From: Deltaproteobacteria bacterium
GTDB taxonomy: Bacteria > Desulfobacterota > GWC2-55-46
Length of the DNA stretch: 64,000 nucleotides
Direction of reading: 5' to 3'
NCBI GenBank assembly: GCA_016212705.1
Contig: JACREU010000091.1
Location: 217 to 64,216 of the forward strand
The notes under the pieces were generated by a model that did no database searches, was not told the origin of the DNA, and was given only the letters and a program-made list of their open reading frames with translations. This document shows, piece after piece, positions 63,672 to 64,000 of this stretch (positions within the stretch are counted from its first letter, which is position 1; each line of letters starts with the position of its first letter). The translations under genes and the position numbers were made by a program.

Positions 63672-64000
63672 ATGTCCAATTACATAAGGTCGAGAGGCCC
63701 GAGCGTCTTTTTTTTTACCGTCGTAACGCACATGCGTCAACCTATTCTTTGCCTGGACGATTCGGTTAGCGCATTAGAAGACTCGATAGTGGAGGTGCGG
63801 AAGGAAAGGCCCTTTGAGACCAAGGCACTGGTCGTTTTGCCGGACCACATGCATTGCATATGGGAGCTTCCCGAAGGCGACACGGATTATTCCGTCAGAT
63901 GGGCGTTGATAAAAATTGGTTTCACGAAGAGGATGAAAGGGCGGCTCAAAACTCCTCAGTCGAGTCTTTCGCGGACAAGGCACAGGGAGGCCGCTGTCTG
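63672..64000 (+). mobile_element. REP-associated tyrosine transposase (RAYT, IS200/IS605 Y1 HUH family), 3' end outside window
   Basis: Own translation: MSNYIRSRGPSVFFFTVVTHMRQPIL...ALVVLPDHMHCIWELPEGDTDYSVRWALIKIGFTK... It has the HUH motif (HMH) and the typical RAYT N-terminus. The ORF stays open to nt 64000, so it is absent from the ORF track. Confidence 0.8.

Noticed and set aside
1-64000. CRISPR arrays, tRNA, rRNA, tmRNA, RNase P and SRP RNA genes.
   Set aside because: I saw no regularly spaced direct repeats and no recognisable conserved RNA motifs in any intergenic region. The hairpin repeats present are isolated, not arrayed. A covariance-model scan would be needed to exclude small ncRNAs.

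Overview
64-kb window from a Gram-negative (LptD, several beta-barrel OMPs, lipoproteins), moderately GC-rich, probably uncultivated bacterium with a strong ATA/AGG/AAG codon preference. I call about 55 protein-coding genes and found no rRNA, tRNA or CRISPR array by eye. All calls rest on motif recognition from the translated ORFs; nothing was searched against a database. Left to right: (1) two PP-loop genes (one LarE-like) and an orphan 906-aa protein with a divergent class III nucleotidyl-cyclase core. (2) A block of four tandem TMTC/PMT-like membrane glycosyltransferase+TPR paralogues with an embedded GT2 polyprenyl-phosphate-sugar synthase. (3) A long minus-strand operon: parvulin PPIase, monoheme cyt c, diheme-FGE fusion, membrane SpeE-like protein, second FGE-domain lipoprotein, large OM barrel, TPR protein. 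(4) A strongly signalled tetraheme cytochrome gene with a structured leader, followed by an NHL beta-propeller lipoprotein and a c7-type triheme lipoprotein. (5) A MinD-like ATPase and a PilZ-like protein. (6) Housekeeping and metabolic genes: PRTase, PrpD/PrpB-like pair, TldD+YHS, PEP-CTERM protein with a sigma54 promoter, sulfatase-like protein, CstA, Hsp20, MenA-like, CaCA, ResB-like, QueD, FolE2, LptD, FolC, AccD, HD-GYP. (7) A complete trpEGDCFBA operon in which trpE carries an in-frame TGA. (8) A heme-sensor MCP followed by a three-gene operon: EB_dh/DOMON-like heme protein, Cyc2-like fused monoheme cytochrome-porin, small cytoplasmic protein. (9) A REP-associated tyrosine transposase (RAYT) cut by the right edge. 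Seven proteins carry CxxCH heme-c motifs, so the dominant theme is periplasmic and outer-membrane electron transfer. The best candidates for an undescribed system are the Cyc2-like/EB_dh module, the diheme-FGE/SpeE-like/OMP operon and the quadruple TMTC-like glycosylation block. Several intergenic repeat families (REP hairpins, one fused to a portable promoter, and a MITE-like element) are also present.
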